Notes under the pieces: generated by a model | The model's input: the letters and a program-made list of their open reading frames with translations, nothing else | Database searches by the model: none | Told to the model about the DNA's origin: nothing | From: Phoronis australis | Taxonomy: Eukaryota; Animalia; Phoronida | Reading direction: 5' to 3' | Assembly (NCBI GenBank): GCA_002633005.1 | Contig: NMRA01000125.1 | Location: 394,413 to 458,412, forward strand | Length of the DNA stretch: 64,000 nucleotides | Position numbers and translations under genes: made by a program | Shown here: positions 41,501 to 56,500 of the stretch, piece after piece | Position numbering within the stretch: position 1 is the first letter of the stretch | Layout: each line of letters begins with the position of its first letter

Positions 41501-44500
41501 GGTGCAAGTTGTTCCGAGGTATATCTGTGTATGGACGGGACTTAACACCAATACACTACACCACAGTGCAGTACCCAGACTACAGCATCAACACTGACAT
41601 GGTCCAATGAAATACCACCACCTAAATGCATATTCGTGAAACTTAGAAAACACCAAATAGTCAAATACAATTACAGGGTTAGAGATTAATTTTTCATCGC
41701 GTAAGCAAATTTTGCTACTAGCATTTGAAACTGAAGCAAAATATACAAAAAAGTAAAAAAGCTTTCACAGGTTTAAGACCAATTTAAAACAAATAGTTAC
41801 AAGCATTTTTGTGCATCTTGTTTCAAAGCCTACGTACAGGCAAAAACGGTAAAATGCAAAGCATTTTTGCACCTTAGTCTGCGATTGTAACTTAAATTAT
41901 CAAATTACACAGTAAAGAACATATCTTGGTCCGTATCAGAAAGTGCAGTCAACATCTACATATATGTGAGACTTTTTTGCAGAGTCTGTACTAAAATTGC
42001 TGCATGTGGCAGTACCAATCAGACAACAATAGTGGTTCCTTCAAGTGCATGTGAAGAATTTCTTGCTTACACTGGTCATGGCTCTGGTTCCCTTAAGCCT
42101 CAGATAACTTTTAGGATGCCTATTCATCACCCCCTTTGTATTGATGTAGATCTGAGCTAATGAAGTGGGAAGGTAATAGCTAGTACTACTTTCTTAACAA
42201 TAGTGGTCCTTATTACACCCATATTGGTTTTCTCTGGCATTTGTACAGAGTTAATGCTTGCAATGTGGAGAGTAGTTTTAACTTGGTACATTTTAAATAT
42301 TACAAAAAGACTATAAACGTTAATTTACCTTGATCTTGACAAAGGACCACTTCGATCCCAATGGAAGGTTGGTTTCAAATATGTTTCATACCTGTTTTCA
42401 TTACTTTATTTTTAATACTCCTGTCTTCTTGTTTTTTTCTCACCAGTTAAGGTTGCTATCTTTTTATTTTGTTTTTAAACGAAGTATCAAAGCAACTTAA
42501 AAGTCAGTTGTGAAACCATCCCTGACTTTTCCAGATTACAGCTACACCAAACATGTCACAACAAACAAAACTGCATGCATCACTAGTTCAAGTTCAATCT
42601 TTATTAGAACTCAAAACATGAAATATATACAAAAGTGCAAATATGGTGATAGCCAAACTGAGGATTTGGAACCCCTGGACGAATTTTGGTTGCAGTAACT
42701 ACATAACTATAGTTCTAGCTTTTCCTCAGGGTCACAAAAAATGAAATCACAGCTCTCGCCACTGACCAACCTCATTCACTGTTTGCACTCTATCGTTTAC
42801 TAAAAAGTTATCCATCTTCTTGTCTTCACGTACCTGTTTTCACAACTACAATGCATCGAAATTGGTGCATTTCCACGAATATCAGTTGTCCGGTTAGTGT
42901 GTTACTCCACGAGTAAAGTAGTTCGGCATGCCCTGGACCATAAGCGATGTCTTAAATGTTATTGACATCTAATTTAGTCACTGTATGTTACTTATAGATG
43001 TTTCAATGTAGCTTAGGTGTATATTAATTAAAAGAATAATCCACGTGATATTGTTAACTCTGATCAGCGTTTGTAAATCCACCGAGTATATCAATACGCA
43101 CAGTCGTTTATCTTCAATCGTACCCAATGTTCGTAGTTTTTAGCTTAATAGTTCATTGATTTTTAAAAATCGAAAACCAACCTCAATGGTTGTTTTTTCA
43201 TCTGAATACAGCTGTGGTATTTATTTTTAACGAAAACTGTTGCTTAATGCATTTTGAAAATTCGCCAGTATGTACAGGCAGAGATGTTTACTACAGTTTA
43301 TGGTCGGGTAACTACACTTAATGGGGTCTTGCTCGCACCTGACAATGCGGTCGTCGCAACTGAGTCTGACTCTGGTGCCGCGCTATCTTTGATCCTGGTA
43401 AAAGCCGCTCAGAAGGACGAGCGGTGAAAAGTCACGCATATCTTTAGAAATGCGTCACTTTTGTGTAAGCGCATTATTCACGGCATGGTTATAATGATTT
43501 GATGTATTGTCCCCAACATTGTTGCTAAAGAAAAACACCCACTTGAAATTGATTCCAGGATAGCAAAATCAACACTAAGATCTCATTAAAAAATTTAACT
43601 TCATGTAAATGAGGTGAAGTCCCCTTGGCCACAAGCAAATCTTCGTCTGGTGGTATTGAGCAGCAGCGCCATCTGTTGTTCACAAGTTTTGATCCAGTCT
43701 GTCTCAGAATGTTATCTGATTAATCCCTGGTTATACCTGTCCATCATAGCAGACACCTTTGTCAGAACTCAGTGACGTCACTCAAAACCTCTTCAGAACC
43801 AAGCCTCGAATCCCACCTATACTTACCAACATTAAGCCAAATGTAATCAGATTCAAAGTTCTTTAAACCAAGCATCTCACAGAGTAGGGTACCAGTTTTA
43901 AATCTGCATTTTTTACCACTTCTTAAACAAAGGTGTGCCTGTTTATTCTAAGTGTTTCAACATGACATCGGATGGAAGTGGAGTAAATTGATCTTGACTT
44001 TTTAGTGACATGACTAAACCTCAAGTGACAGCAGCGAGAGAAAACAAGGAGAGTGGTCACAACTACTGGTGTGTTGGCTGAATCAAATGTCACACTCTTA
44101 AATTATGTCTAGATTTCGGGAAATTCGATTAGCATGTCCGACCACAATACCAGACCTAAGCGTTGCGGCCCAATGTCTCCACAAATGTTATCACTTCACA
44201 CAAAAATAATTACAAATTTTCCGATTTCTAAAAGTCTGATTTCCTTGCCGTAAATTCTATTAACTGGTCAAATGTTGTTTTGTAACACCTGCACAGTACA
44301 AACAATGCTAATAGTAGATTAAACTCTTTAGATTTTTAAGCTTTTTACCAAAAAATTTTAACAAAATGAAATTTCATAAGAAGCCATAAAACGTGCTATC
44401 AGTCTGAAACCCTTTTTCAAAGTCACGTTATGAACAGAGACCCCCCCACTCGAAATTTAATAGTCATATGCGGACATCCTATGAAATGATTTGGACACGA

Positions 44501-47500
44501 AAGTAGCCTATTAGTACGAATTACAACCACTGAATGTGCTGAAAACTGAGATGGGGTGGAACACACAAACCTTGAATCAGATGTCCTAAATGGTTGACTT
44601 GGTGGAACTGACAAAGTCAATCAAGTATAGTCAACGTTTCACCAGGGTGAATTACCATCAGACAGCCGGAAGACATGAAAAAAATTTCCTGGAACAACTT
44701 AACTTAATACCCTGATCAAAAACACTAATGTTTCAATTGTGGTGATGAAAGTAACAAAGGGTTGCAGGAAGAGCTTGAATTGAACACAAGGATTGGTCAA
44801 AATGAACTTGGTTTTGCCAATTTTGTACGTGGGCCAAATGGGGAAGTTATAAAATGCTTGACACAATTTGTTTTCAGTTAATTTTAACTGTTAAACTTGT
44901 GAAAAGTTGTTAATTTCTTGGATTTGCTTCATTTCCAAAGTCCAGAAGTCATATTTAGTTGTTCCAAAACAGTTGATACCATCGTTGATGACTTTGAGGC
45001 CAGAATACTTATTTCATGATGCCCTGAGCAAAGCAAACCATCTTTCTGGTAATGTAAAATGCACGAGTGTTGACGAGTGTTGTCTATAATAAGCAAAGAT
45101 ACCAACATTCTAAAATGCAAAAGCAGGATACCTTGCTCCAGGATACTGCTGCTGATGGGAAAGTCCACCATAACATCTAGTGACATCATGCCGAAGGTGC
45201 ATTTTTGTTTTACTGTACTTGTCTGGGTTACCACCCATGCTCAGCTTAAGGCCCATCCTTGAAATTTTCAGCTTTTCATTTTTAAGCGCCCATGCTCAGC
45301 TTACCGCCCATAACCCCAATTTTTCATGACAGAGAGTCCCTCAAAAGTGTCTGTGCTTTTGTGAACGTTCAACGCACAAAACTAAGAATCCAAAATGAGC
45401 ACAATTTGCTTACCTTTCAGTGACAATAAGTCAGTTTTAGCAGAAATGGGATCTTGCCTTACTATGGCGGTTAAATACCCATATTCTCATGATCTTTACT
45501 GAAGGAGACACAATTGTTTCCTTTGACTCGAGCAGAACTCGTGTAGTGATCACTGAGACAGTGATTGTCAAATTTATTTCATTGCCGTGGAAGAACCAAC
45601 AAAGCGGAATTTGACAGGAATTTCAAGTCCGTGGCCTACATTTCTGCGACTTTCAGAGACAGTACACGAAACGTTAGCATCCTGAGCAATGAAATAAGAA
45701 AAAACACCAGCACACGATATTAGAAACTCTAAACACATTATTTTGGACGGAAACCGCATTTGAATCATACTCGTTGCCAGGCTCAACGTTGCACTTCAAC
45801 AATTCACAGACAAATGATACCCAGCTATGTCTATAATGATGGTCACGTACAGCAGAGTAAAAGGTGAAATTGTCGCATTGTTTTGAATACAAGCAGACAC
45901 GAGCCTTCCTTCGTGACAAGCAACTTGTCTCACTGTCCCATCTTGGTTAAAAGCATGCTTTTAATGACTTTCAATCTTGACACCAAATTGGAAGTGCCCA
46001 TTACCAAAAGCAACAGCGCAAGAAATCAACTTGTCATTAAGCGAAAGTCAAACATTCTGTCTGAATTCACGTGGTCAAAGACTTGCTTTTTTAACTTTTG
46101 ATTTGCCTCACATGATGTTTTTGTACTTCATTATTTTCGCAGCCAACCGAGCATCCCTATTGCTTAGTAGTATCATTCCATTGTTGAGTATGTTCTTTGT
46201 ATTCTCAACTGTTTTAAGTCATTCGTGGGATCTTGACAAAATCACATGCTTCCCTTAAAAATACACAGCGAACAAGCGAAGTTTTGCATGATCTTGCTTT
46301 TCTCTCAAAAAACTTGCTTTACTGAACCCATGCCTACCTGTAGGAATACCTTAGTTCTAAGAGATGACGAGCAGCGATGGATGTACGTAAAAACCCAATC
46401 ACGCTCGGGATCACGGCGCCACTGTATCGTGTGCGCTATTCCACTGCAGGCTGTCGAAGTCCATTACTTCAATCTGTCAAATAATAAGCTTAAAGTCTGA
46501 CGTCAGTGTAGCTCCGTAAGAGTAAAATCGGTCCACCATCCAGTAAGCACAGACTCCCGACTTTCTAAAAATTTTGATTTTAAACGTCCAAGCTTGGCTT
46601 ACCATCCACCCTGTTTTTTAGATTCCCAATTTAAGCACCCTGGGATGAGATTGGCAGTCATGTGTGTGAATTGGTACAAGGAAAACCACAGGAATATGTG
46701 TTTATACATTGTTGTGAGTTTGTTAGCATCATCACCTATGTCAAAAAGTGGGACATAATAATGTGGCAGTACGCAGTTTCCAAAAGCGGGACTGTTCTAC
46801 AAAAGGCAGGATGGTTGGCAACTATGCATAAGTGTACGTCTGAGCATAACTGATAAATAATGCAATGCATGATAGTGCGACATTTACAAAAATCAAGGTA
46901 AAAATGGAGAAAAGGGGATGTTTGCAAGTGAATTAAGGTTAAATCCCAACAGAATGGAATTGAGCCCACACTGATGTCTGTATATAATATCTTTTATTTG
47001 TGGGAAGGCGACTATTATTTTAAGTTCTGTCTGTGGCAGTTGTTACTGGTGATGCATATCCCAATCATTCTCAATTGTTGACATTTCTACCTTTACAGCT
47101 ACACCAAAGAATTAGAGGACAAACGCTGAACTGGGCTGGTGTGGCTGCAGCCAACAAAGTACATTTTCTGCCAACTACAATTTCCCATTTAAAAGCGCTA
47201 CTGTCATGGTGAGAAAACAAACAGCTGGTTATATTAAAAATTAACCCTTTGCAAACAGTGCCCCTCTGGCTAAAATCCTAGTTTTGACTACACAATGGTA
47301 CGCAGAGTAATACAACTGTTCACATGCCCTCTGATCAGAAGGTTAGGTCCAACACCTGGCAAAAATTTCAAATATGAAGGATCTCATCAGCCTTCTAATG
47401 ATCCACCTTAAAATCTGCTCAAATGACATAAGTTCGATTGAGAGGCATTTTAGACATTACTTCCAGGCTGCAGGAATAGCAAATGTTGCATTATCCTAAG

Positions 47501-50500
47501 ACAGATGATAGACACAGGCTAGAGTGGACCTGGGGTCAATTTGCAATGAAGTGGGGACGTGTTTTCCAGGAATGAACAAGAGGTTCCGTGGCCCTGTTGT
47601 TCCCCTCTCCCTGTGGCTATGCCACTAATAAGTTTTCTCAGCTTATGTACAGCCACTTAAGTTTCAATCAGACCTTGTATCTACCTTCTTAGAAAAACAC
47701 AGAGGAACACTGAATAAAACTTGGCACACATCTCCCAACATGCCAAAGAACCATATGCACTTTACCCTTGAGCAAGAGCAGTCGGTGTGAGAATCACATG
47801 ATTAGGTTTCTCTGAGGTTAGCAACACTGAGACTGAGTGAGAGACCCCCAGGTCTGTCCATCAGCTAGGGATGAGTCAGTGTGTCAGGGGTTAACTGAAT
47901 TAGCAGGCACTGTGGGTACCACGTACATAACACATGGTTGAGTTTCGGTCTGGAATACAGCTGCAGAACAGCAACAGGCAAAGGGAATTATAGAAAAACA
48001 AACACTACCATGGATAGTGCTCCCTCTGCTATTATAAGCCTGAACTAGAGCCTGTGTTATTTCTCAAATATGGACAGTGCCCTAAAGTGTAGGGGTTAAC
48101 AGAATATGATAACAGCACCAGGTCGACCTGCAGTTCTTGATCTGTAGGTCTCCCATCCCATGGGTTGGCTGGGAGGCACTAATTCGAGGAGCTATTTTGC
48201 ATTTTTCAAGCATTGTCTCAATAGGCATTTTGTCCTGTCATGTAACGTCTCAGGCTATTCACTTCCTCGGTTGCCCAGGTATTGTGCTAGTATAGAAATT
48301 GGATGACCCACAGCACTCCCATCAGAGTGGAAGATTTAATGCATTGTGCCTCCTTCTGGGATTCTGGCAAAAAACAAAATTTTTAAAATCTGGGAGGAAG
48401 GTGGTCATCTTAAAATCCTGGTGGCACCATGAGGCTTGAGGAACAGGTAGTGCTAGGAAGGTGACAGAAAGTTGACCACTCACCAACTGACTAGGGGAGT
48501 TCAGGATTTCCGGACCCCCTGCTGAGTGACTTTTACATTCTTGTAATCGATGAGTCAAGCACCTCCAATGTTTGTCGATGGTCAGGCCCCCTGGACTAAG
48601 TCATGAATCTGTGACTGTATACTGAACGCAGGACGGTAGACAGTCACTTGACTTCTACCACAAAGCTTAAGAACTACAGACATTCCTTGTGTGATAATGC
48701 AATTCTAGGGCAATTGGAGGCACATCGCTCACAGATTTTAACACACCCTGTAGTCTGGTACAGAAATGAGAGAGAATGTTGTTGTGGAGGACACAGTTCA
48801 TGAATTCTAAGCTCCAGTAAACATGCCTGGTGAATTTTAAGCTGCAATAATCCTTTAAAGCTGCTGTCCTCAAAAGGGATTGATCCCTGCCCACATATAG
48901 CTTTCCCCAGAAAGTCAAGTCGGTTCCTTGGATGTAGTCAATGTTCACCCGAGCCTTATTTTTGTGTTAATTGACACAATTAAGCACAAAAGACATACTT
49001 AGTTTATGGGTATGCCCCCCTTTGATCAGGTAAAAGACAAAAACTTGATAAAAAACAACAGTTTCATTTCTTGAACACCTTGCAATATTTTCCATTGATA
49101 AAAGTAGGCCCCAGTATCACAAAATTCATCTCATTTTTCCCATAGACACCAGGCCTAGGTATAAACTCATCTACGGTTTCTCAACTGTTTTTACACACCC
49201 CAAGAAATAGAAATGGAACCCAAATTTTTGGAAGATGGGCCCACTAGGCCTCAGGTTTTGGAATAGAATGGCAAACACTGCTGCAATAAACAACCAGTTT
49301 CACTGCAAAAACTTGCCAGTAGACAACAATCCAAAAACACTAATTCATCACATATTTAGGAACACTATGGAGGACAAGTGAAATTTCTCAACAAAAAGAA
49401 CGTTTAACATTTTTTGTCAACTATTAAATTAATAAACTCACTTTGCATTGTCAAAACGTACAGTAACTTTATTTACAATTTTGGAAATGACGTTTACGTG
49501 AAATAGACAAAGAACTGCCACAAATGAATCAGATCCAATAATGATGGAACACCAGCCCTTATCAAAACACTTAGGGTGAGTGCAGAGTCTAAGAGCAATG
49601 TGAGTGACTAAGAATAACTTGCAACCTGCACTGTATATAATCTGTGCATGGAAGTGATATGTTAACATGTTCATAGATCAAGTCTCAGGAGGGGCTAAAT
49701 GTCTGATTCCATTGTTCATAAGCTGAGTGTGTTATTAAACTTTGCTTGGCAAAAAAGTTTTCTACACCACTTAACAGGAATCTACCTCAAGTGGGAATGC
49801 CAAGTGACAATGTCAGCCATATACAATTATAAATTGTTTGTGTACATATATTGTCAAAATAAGGAATACATAAAAATACTATTGTCAAGTGTAACCAATT
49901 GCGGATACAAATAATTGTCAAAATTGGTCTTTTTTCATTTTTCGAAAGCTTCTAATGTTGTTTTGAATGTCCGCAATTGCTCAGCAACATTGTCTGAAGG
50001 TAGTTAATGGCTTGATGCTACTTATCTTTTATAAAAAAATGAAAACATAAAATTTCACTTGTCGGCCATGTTGTTGTGTCTTAAGTTGCTTTCCCATTAG
50101 AAGCGAAACTTTGCTTTTACCGAAGTTTCAGTAAAAGAGAAAGATTAACTCTGGTGGTTAATCTGCAAGCGAAACTTCGTTTGAAATAGTAGGATTCAAA
50201 AGCAAAGCTTCAGTACTCACCGAAGCTTCGGTGTAGTAGGAACACTAAAAGTGAAACTTTGTCGAAGTTATTGGAATAAGTTGCAGCAATGATGTGTGAT
50301 CATGCGAGACTTGCAAAATGTGTTCTTTGTTATTGTAGCAAAGCCGACATGCTCTCAATAGTTGGACGTAAATAAAAAAGAAATCATATCTGATAAAGAA
50401 TGTCACTGATCATTTTCATATTAAACACTCGTAAATGGCAGGCGAACAATTTTCAGTTAGCCTAGAACCCACTACTCATTATACTTTGAGAGTACGAATG

Positions 50501-53500
50501 AACAGTGTTGTCTGTTGTCATAGCGATAACTTCAATATTGCTATGGAGTCAGAAAGGTAAGCGAAGTTTCGGCACAGCTTCAGTTAACAGTAGTTCCCCT
50601 AATGGAAAAGTGACCTCATATTGGTGAATATTTTACTATAGTTTTTATTACAGTAACTACCGTTTTTTCTTTTGAAAGGCATGAAGGAAAAGAATATGGT
50701 TTAAAAGGAAAACGTGACTAACCTTTTTACCGTGCTTTTGGTCAATGGGGCATATTAAATGTGCTCTGAGACAAATTTATGTAACGAACAATTTTGATCT
50801 GTTTTAAAACAAGTAGACAGTTAAAATAAGTGCCTGAAAATTCATTATCAAACCCAACAACGTTAAAAATTAATTTTCAAATCAAAATTTAGATTTTTAC
50901 ATTTCCTACGTCAAATAAAACCTCCATATCAGATTGTAAGCAGATAGTGCCCAACAAAACCTCAATATCAGACTGTATGCAGATAGTGCCCAATTTTATG
51001 ACTCTCTGTTTGTTTCTTGATAAGCAGTAACATGATACTTTTCAAGCACCCTACTGGGAAAACACCCTGGTGGCTCTGTGGCTCCTGGTGAAGTCTACAT
51101 GGAGTCTCATGGGCAATTAACCAAAGCCTCAAATCCAGTTATGAGGTTCTGGCAGACTAACAATCCCACCCCACCACAGCGTCCTCACATGTGAAGTAAC
51201 CACAGACAACACTCAGCAATTAAACAACCCACTGGAGCTTTGTTTATACAACAATGCCATTAAGGATGGATACAGTAGTGTGCCATTGTTTCCAAAATGG
51301 CAACAGCTACTTTATCACATCCTCTGTTTGTTTGGAATAGAGAGCTGCTGTTTGATTTCACCACCAAGAATAGGATACAATTTATTAACCCCTCACTCTG
51401 GTGTTAACCACCAAGATTGCTACATAAACAATGCCCTGTTTTGTTTGTCGGATGAAGTAGATATTCTTACATCAGAAGAGATGGTCCAACCCTGGTTGCC
51501 CACTTGACACCAAAAATAAAAATAAAGCAGACTAGTCTAATTCCTAAATAAGATTAAGTGGTTCAGTCTTCCCATTAGAGGAATTTCGATTTACTGAAGC
51601 TTTTCCGAAACTTTGCTTACCTTTCCCACAATAAGTTATCGCTATGACAACAGACAACGCAATTCAGTCGACGCAATTCAGTCGTACTCTGAAAAGAATA
51701 TTGAGTAGTGGGTTCGAGGCTAATTGTTCTCCTGCCATTTATAAGTGTTTATGAAAATGATCAGTGTCATTCTTCACTCAGCTTTCTTTTATCAATTTAC
51801 GCCCGTCTGTTGAGAGCATGTCCAGCTACGCTACAATAACAAAGAACACGTTTTACGAGTCTCACGTGATCATATATCGTTGCCGCGACCTCTACCAATA
51901 ACTTTGATCACTTCACTTTTAGTGTTGCCGCAACACCGAAGCTTCACTTTTAAATTCAACTATTTTAAGCGAAGTGTCGCTTATAGTTAAACTGGGGTTA
52001 GCCTTTCCCACTTATCGAAACTTCGGTAAAAGCGAAGTTTCGCTAATATATTTTAGCTTTTTGACACAGGCTAGGATCGGAATTCTCCTGCTTCATCAGC
52101 TGCAGCTACTGGCTTTGTCACTGCGAATATTCACAGTGGGAAATGTGTGGAACACCACAGCATGTTCATCCACTGATATTTCAAAAAGGATGCCTTTATG
52201 CATAAGACATAATCCCATCCAACTGCACAGCAATGGAAATTTGGCAGCATCATATTGTCAGGAAAGGTGTTAAAATTAATGCTTTTTCTACCCGAAGGTT
52301 GCCCTCCCGTCTGCATTACATAGGATCTATAGGTGGCGCTGAAACCTTGTCCAATGAAGACCTGATCGCCATCTGGTGAGATAATGAATTTCAATATGGC
52401 GTGGCTATTTCGAAAGTCGCCTGCTGCCATCATGATGGTAATCACAACATGGCACTTTTAAAGAGTAGTTCACCACTTGAAAAGCCAGATAAAGATATGA
52501 TAAATAGAAACAGCGATTCATTCAAGATTCCAAAAATAGGCGACCAAAAAGGGCTTCCCAGGCAATTTCTTAAGGCATCCAAGAACAATGAGGTGCAGCT
52601 TCCTTTTAATGATCCCAAGCCATACTGCTGTGCTAGTGTGGTAATTGTTACTGTGAAGACACAGGTCTGCAATAAACATTATTGTATTTCACTTCATATC
52701 CTTCACTAACTTTTTTAATCTAGACAGGCCCACTGAGGTCCCAGAGCTGTGGTTAGCAAGCTAGAGAACAATCCTTACTTGCATATAATTTACTTGGAGG
52801 CAGGCCTTCATGCAGGGTATGCCCTAGCACTAATGTAGACGCCCTGGCAAGGACGCCCAATGTATCATTTGGACGCCCTGTCAATCAGAATTTGTCCAGT
52901 TTGGACACCCACATTGAAAGATTACTAAGACTCCCGGTTAATCAAAGCGGGAAGTTGGCCCTTTCAACTCAGAAAGAAATATACAAAGTATTTAAAATGT
53001 TGCAATATTCAAACTACTTGGTAGACCTGTCAATCATGAGCACGTGCTTGGTTGCCAGAGTGTCTGCTTTCAATAGACTCACATGCCACTGCCATTCTGT
53101 ACTTTATATAGGGACATGGACCTNCTGTGCTAGTGTGGTAATTGTTACTGTGAAGACACAGGTCTGCAATAAACATTATTGTATTTCACTTCATATCTTT
53201 CACTAACTTTTTTAATCTAGACAGGCCCACTGAGGTCCCAGAGCTGTGGTTAGCAAGCTAGAGACACCAATCCTTACTTGCATATACTTTACTTGGAGGT
53301 CCAAATATATGAACAGCACCTCCTCGCAAATGTGTCTAAATTTTAGTCAGAATGTCCATTTGGATTCCCTAGACCCACCCAGAAGAAGGCCTGCTCAGAA
53401 ATGTATTAGAGGTCCTACCCTTTGAAAACTTATGTCAATTCTATGGCTTTAACTTATGTGTCACCACAAGGAGAATTAAATTGGAGATATGCAAATTGCA

Positions 53501-56500
53501 AATAGACTGTTCTAAAAGCCTTTTCCCATCAAGTTAACTCTGAAGTTAACTTTGGCTTTCCCACCCCTATACTTGAGCTCTTAAGAGTTTCCACTGTCAG
53601 GCGCTCCCTGAACACCCGTTCCCCTGAACACACATTGATGTTAATGGGAATGGCCTTTAAAATAAACCAGGCTAGTGTAGTTGGCTTAAGTTCCAGCCAT
53701 TCTACTAGTCCATTCAAAAAAAACTTTTAAACTGCAACCACAAGATGTCAGACTCTGCATCAAAAGCTAGTCTAGACACTGAGGAAGAGATAGATAAAAC
53801 ACTAATCAACACCCTCTCATGAAGATCTGTTCTCTGTCCAAATTAGGTTACATAAGACTGTTATTCAATGCAGGGGCAACTTGGTTCAGTATTAGGTGAG
53901 CTATTCAGGAATTTTGAAACAATCCAATGACTGCAATGTTTACAACATAATACTGGTCTCCCAACTGTAATGATACTTGGCTCAAAGGTACACACATTTT
54001 GGGATGTCTTCACTGCGTTTCCAAACCAGGTTTATTTCACATTTCACTTTCCCATAAACTTTTGTTGCTGTACTAATGTCAGAGATGACTCAAAATAAAG
54101 TGTGTAACAATCAATCAGTTTCACTTCAGATGTTACGCTAACACTCTCCTAAACACAAGCCATTGGTTAAACACTGCACTTAGAAGAAGAAGGGCGAGTG
54201 CCACCAAGCTTTATTTTGCTAATAAAACTATTAACTTAACATACTGGAATGGTAGTGGAAAATGGTAGGTGAATTTAGAAAAAATGCCACCAACAGTGTT
54301 TTAGGATTGCACAGGCCCTTTCCTTTGAAAATTGTAGTTGTATCCTCTTGTGATATCCTAGATTCGTCAGTGTAATTAAGGTAACTTTATGCTAGATTTG
54401 GTGACCTGCAGGTGGCCAATGCGACCTCAAACTGTGCTAGGCAACCTGGGAAAATCCCAAGATGCCACAAAGTCACCACAGCGAGTAACAAAGTCAGACA
54501 AAAATTCCCCCAAAATGCGTTTCAAAATTTGTGGTGACTACCAAACTTTAAATCTTTAAATTACCAACACTTCTCCATCCTTTGGTTCACAAATATTCCG
54601 TTTATTTTGAGAAACTTGTACGTTTGCCACCCTCAGCATTCAGCACACACCAAACACACGCTTAAATTATAACAGGAAACAAACAGAAAGAAGCTAGAAA
54701 TGTTTGGCAAAAATCGGACAAGGTCGGACCACGAAACACACACCTCCAGTGTCACTGATCATCTGCGTTCTACGTTGGGAGGAATTGAGTTAGAGACTGA
54801 ATAGAACAGAATAGCAATGGAAGAGGAATGCGTAATTCTTTGAGAACGGAGTACGGCACAATGTTTTATTGTTTGGTTGACGTCAGTTTTGGCAATCTCA
54901 GATTTTGTTTGGCGACCTGGGATTTTTGCGAGAAGTCGCCATTGAAGACTAAGCATCGAGCACTGTAACTGGTGAATTAAATCATGCCCCTACATACCTG
55001 TAAAATTAAGACTTTATAGAAAAATTAGACAATGAGAAAAAAGAGAAAGAAAATAGCAATATTAAAGACCACGTGAGCAGAAGTCAGTACACCAAACCAA
55101 GATTCAACACCTTTCTCTTATGAAAAATAAGGATGTGGTTTCACGATAGTAAGCCTTTTTTGTCTCTAGATCATGTTTTGACTGAACTTTTGACCTGCAA
55201 CCAACTTGTGACTTTCAACAACCTCAACCACTGTATGACATCATCAACAACATGTTTAAAACAATCATATCATGCTGGGTAGCTGTATCCAAATACAGTC
55301 TCACCAAGAGTATAATCCACAGGTGTAACATGGTCATTCACTATCATACTACAGTTCTTATGTACTGCAATAGTACCCTTACTCCTATATACTCCAAATT
55401 AAAACAGGATCAGTTGACCATCATTAATTTTATACCACTTTGTATGAGAGTGTGATTCAGTAAATGGGTGTGAAAGCTGTGTCAGAGCACGTGAGAATTT
55501 CTGAACAATGATCCGTTTCCTACTCGCATTAGTTATAATTGTGACAGATCACCACAAGTTTGTTTTGGAACAAAATTAGTTTCAGCTAGTAGATTCTAAA
55601 ATCTGTAGCTATATTGTAGCAATAGCGCACACTCATTTATTTGACTTGTTGTGTAGCATATAGGGAGAGTTTAGATAGGCAGTTATAATTACCACGTGCA
55701 TGGTAGTAATGTATGGCTGATCTTTTCAGTGCTATCAATCTGGCAATACTTCTTAATCTGCAAAACTTTTGACATTGTTCCTGGCAAGTTGATGTGATAT
55801 TCAATGAAGTCAGTGTCTGAGCACCCATGCGCAGGTAGAGTGCAAGCTTTCTTGTATAATTAGTCACTTCAGACAAACAGGTGAAAGAAGGCAGAAAGTG
55901 ATGAAGTGATTCTTTGAAATGCTTAGCAGATAGAAAGGTGGAGGCCAAAACAATGTAAACAAAATTCTGAGATTTTCACTAGAACACCCAAAACATGCTG
56001 TAGCTGTCTGAAGAGGTTGCACAGGGGATGGAAGACTGACAGTGTGTTTATCATTGCGATAATCAATTTATTGCAGAGACTGAAAGTGCTTTGACATCAA
56101 TATTACATTTCAAAGGGCTATAGAAATAAAGTGTTGCAGAAAATAGACCCTTGTGTAGGTATAACTAAAGTCGGCATTTTCGTCACTGTTTTCCCTACTC
56201 TTGTAGATCTGATATGAGATTACGGCAATAAGCACCCACATATGCATATGGGGGCACTAGAAAACAATGGTTTTCAAAGAAGGCTCTTTGTAGGGAGCTT
56301 GCTTGAAGTTGAGAGACAGTGGTGCTAGTGGTGAAAGTGGTGACCATTGGGAAAGGTATTAGTAGTGTATCACCTAGGTTATTCATAACTAAGTGCTGAC
56401 TTAAGCACCCACTTAACAATGTAAATCAGATGTTATATTGGTCAGGTATAAACAACGCTCGTAATGGATTGACTTGACTTTCTAAATACAAAAGACAAAA

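Noticed and set aside
44700-45234. LLIIDN and DQGI fragments suggestive of a pogo DDE transposase
   Set aside because: The motifs are about three times too far apart and separated by stops; not supportable.
52131-52445. ORF with a CUB-like ending (GFSATYRS)
   Set aside because: The rest of the CUB pattern is absent and I found no supporting exon structure.
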